In this document: in pieces, positions 62,652 through 64,000 of the stretch
Numbering within the stretch: the stretch's first letter is position 1
Layout: the number at the start of each line of letters is the position of its first letter
DNA from: a bacterium
GTDB lineage: Bacteria > UBA8248
DNA length: 64,000 nt
Assembly (NCBI GenBank): GCA_965219955.1
Contig: OZ244799.1
Location: forward strand, 1,856,001 to 1,920,000
Reading direction: 5' to 3'
Notes under the pieces: model-generated
What the model was told of the DNA's origin: nothing
Seen by the model: the letters and a program-made list of their open reading frames with translations, nothing else
Database searches by the model: none
Made by a program: the position numbers and the translations under genes

Positions 62652-63098
62652 GCTGCTCCAGGGTATGGCGCACTCTGAACTGCCAATCCACGCCCGGCCC
62701 GCGATGAGGAGGCGATAGCTCCCGTGCAACTGGACCGCTATATCGACGCCGTTCTGCGCCGGCGGTGGCTCGTCGTAGCGCTGCACGCCTCGGAAATCGC
62801 CGGACGCCTCGTCTCGATGTCCTGGCAATCTCGTGGTCTGTCTATGACGCCTTTCCGAAGTGGCCCGGAGAGAGCCCCCAAGGCAGTTCACTCTTCATTG
62901 GGAAAGGACTCACCAAACCCCCTCCGGGCCTGTACCTCCCTCCCGGGGTGTATTGCAATGGGGAATGGCCCCTGCGATCAAGCGCGTAATTGCCAATCAC
63001 CGTGAAGCAGGGAATCCCGGGAGAAGAGGCATGTCGTTCCAAGGGGATAATATACACGACCCGGCTTTGGGACAACAGCGCTTCTCTCCAGATAGCCA

Positions 63099-63863
63099 CT
63101 AGTAGATGCTGAACGGGAAATACAGCGCGTTGATCCTCTCATAGGCGCCGTCTGAGAGAATCCCCTCGATTGCGCGGTTCAGGCGGCGGCGCAGCGTCTC
63201 GTCTTCTTTGCGGACGGCGATCCCGATTCCCTCGTCGAGGCGATACCCTTCACCCACGAACCCGAAGCGCTCGCCCTCCGGGCTCTGGAGCCAGTTCCAG
63301 AAACCCAGGCCGTCGCCGAACACGGCGTCCACCCGGCCACCTGCGAGCGCCGAGAGGAGCGCCTCCTGAGTGGAGAACAGACGGATATCCGCGATACCGG
63401 CGAGGTTCTCTTCCAACCAGTCAGAAGCGATCGTCGCGCGCGAGGCGCCAATTGTCCGTCCCGCCGGGGCGGAAGGATCGAAACCCCCGCCCTTGCGCGC
63501 CACGAAGCGAACGACGTTGGAGTAGTATCTCTCGGTGAACGCCACCAGCCGACGGCGCTTCTCCGTGATCGACATGCTCGACACGATGGCGTCGAACTTC
63601 CCGGCCCGCAATCCGGGGATCAGGTACTCCCAGTCGTGGCGAACGAACTCGCACACGGCTTTCATCCTCGCGCACAGCGCCAGGGCGATATCGACGTCGA
63701 AACCCTTGAGACGTCCCTCATCGTCGATGCGGCTGAAGGGTGGATAGCCAGCGTCGACGCCGATGCGGACCTTGGAAGCGGTTTCCGCAAATTCGGTCGC
63801 GGTGAGGACCGCCCCGCCGAGGACGGCGAGGAATAAGGCGATGAGTAAAACTCTGTACATCAT
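63099..63863 (-). CDS. Amino-acid ABC transporter substrate-binding protein (family 3)
   Basis: YPPFS, GFDVDIA, LIPGL..GKFDAIVSSMSIT, GIAVRK. Confidence 0.9.
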   Translation of the reverse strand: MMYRVLLIALFLAVLGGAVLTATEFAETASKVRIGVDAGYPPFSRIDDEGRLKGFDVDIALALCARMKAVCEFVRHDWEYLIPGLRAGKFDAIVSSMSITEKRRRLVAFTERYYSNVVRFVARKGGGFDPSAPAGRTIGASRATIASDWLEENLAGIADIRLFSTQEALLSALAGGRVDAVFGDGLGFWNWLQSPEGERFGFVGEGYRLDEGIGIAVRKEDETLRRRLNRAIEGILSDGAYERINALYFPFSIY

Positions 63864-64000
63864 GGTCGACCCCCTGTATGTTCGCAATCGATAAAGCTTA
63901 GGGAGATATTGCTATCTTTCACCTTTTCCCGGACACTCAGTGATTGTATTCAGGACATTCCGGCAGCCCCGCGAGTAAAGACGGACATTCGCCGGCCCGC

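Noticed and set aside
1-64000. Retron, DGR, tRNA or rRNA
   Set aside because: No reverse transcriptase motifs, no adenine-specific TR/VR pair among the repeats, and no tRNA or rRNA signatures seen.

Overview
GC-rich bacterial window (about 60-65% GC by eye, with AT-richer patches) dominated by mobile and accessory DNA. The main structure is a ~4.6-kb module present as two intact, diverged direct copies (~8.1-12.95 kb and ~39.2-44.2 kb) plus a decayed third copy (~3.6-4.66 kb). Module order: 99-aa orphan, 269-aa protein with four C4 Zn-finger repeats, antisense membrane protein, 43-aa acidic microprotein, ssb, a ~450-bp structured non-coding element resembling an ssDNA (Frpo-type) promoter, DUF4326-like protein, DUF2493/SLOG protein. 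This resembles the leading region of a conjugative or integrative element. Between the intact copies lie two tandem tyrosine recombinases, three more integrase remnants, IS256 remnants and defence-type cargo: type IIG R-M, AlbA_2/Schlafen ATP-binding protein, UDG-like protein, AbiEi/AbiEii, a helicase IV-like protein with nuclease insert and Zn ribbons, and an exonuclease-RecQ-UvrD fusion. The left end has a relaxase-helicase 3' remnant, an ABC substrate-binding protein, a cytochrome P450 and a vanadium haloperoxidase-porin pair preceded by (CTTGAGG)x10. The right part has a full-length IS256 with a nonsense codon, the aapJQMP amino-acid ABC transporter, outer-membrane and lipoprotein genes (including a thermonuclease plus TbpB-like fusion), recQ, an alanine/glycine:cation symporter, an MpaB-family oxygenase and several pseudogene stubs. 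I found no rRNA, tRNA, CRISPR array or reverse transcriptase. All family calls come from motif recognition by eye, not database searches.
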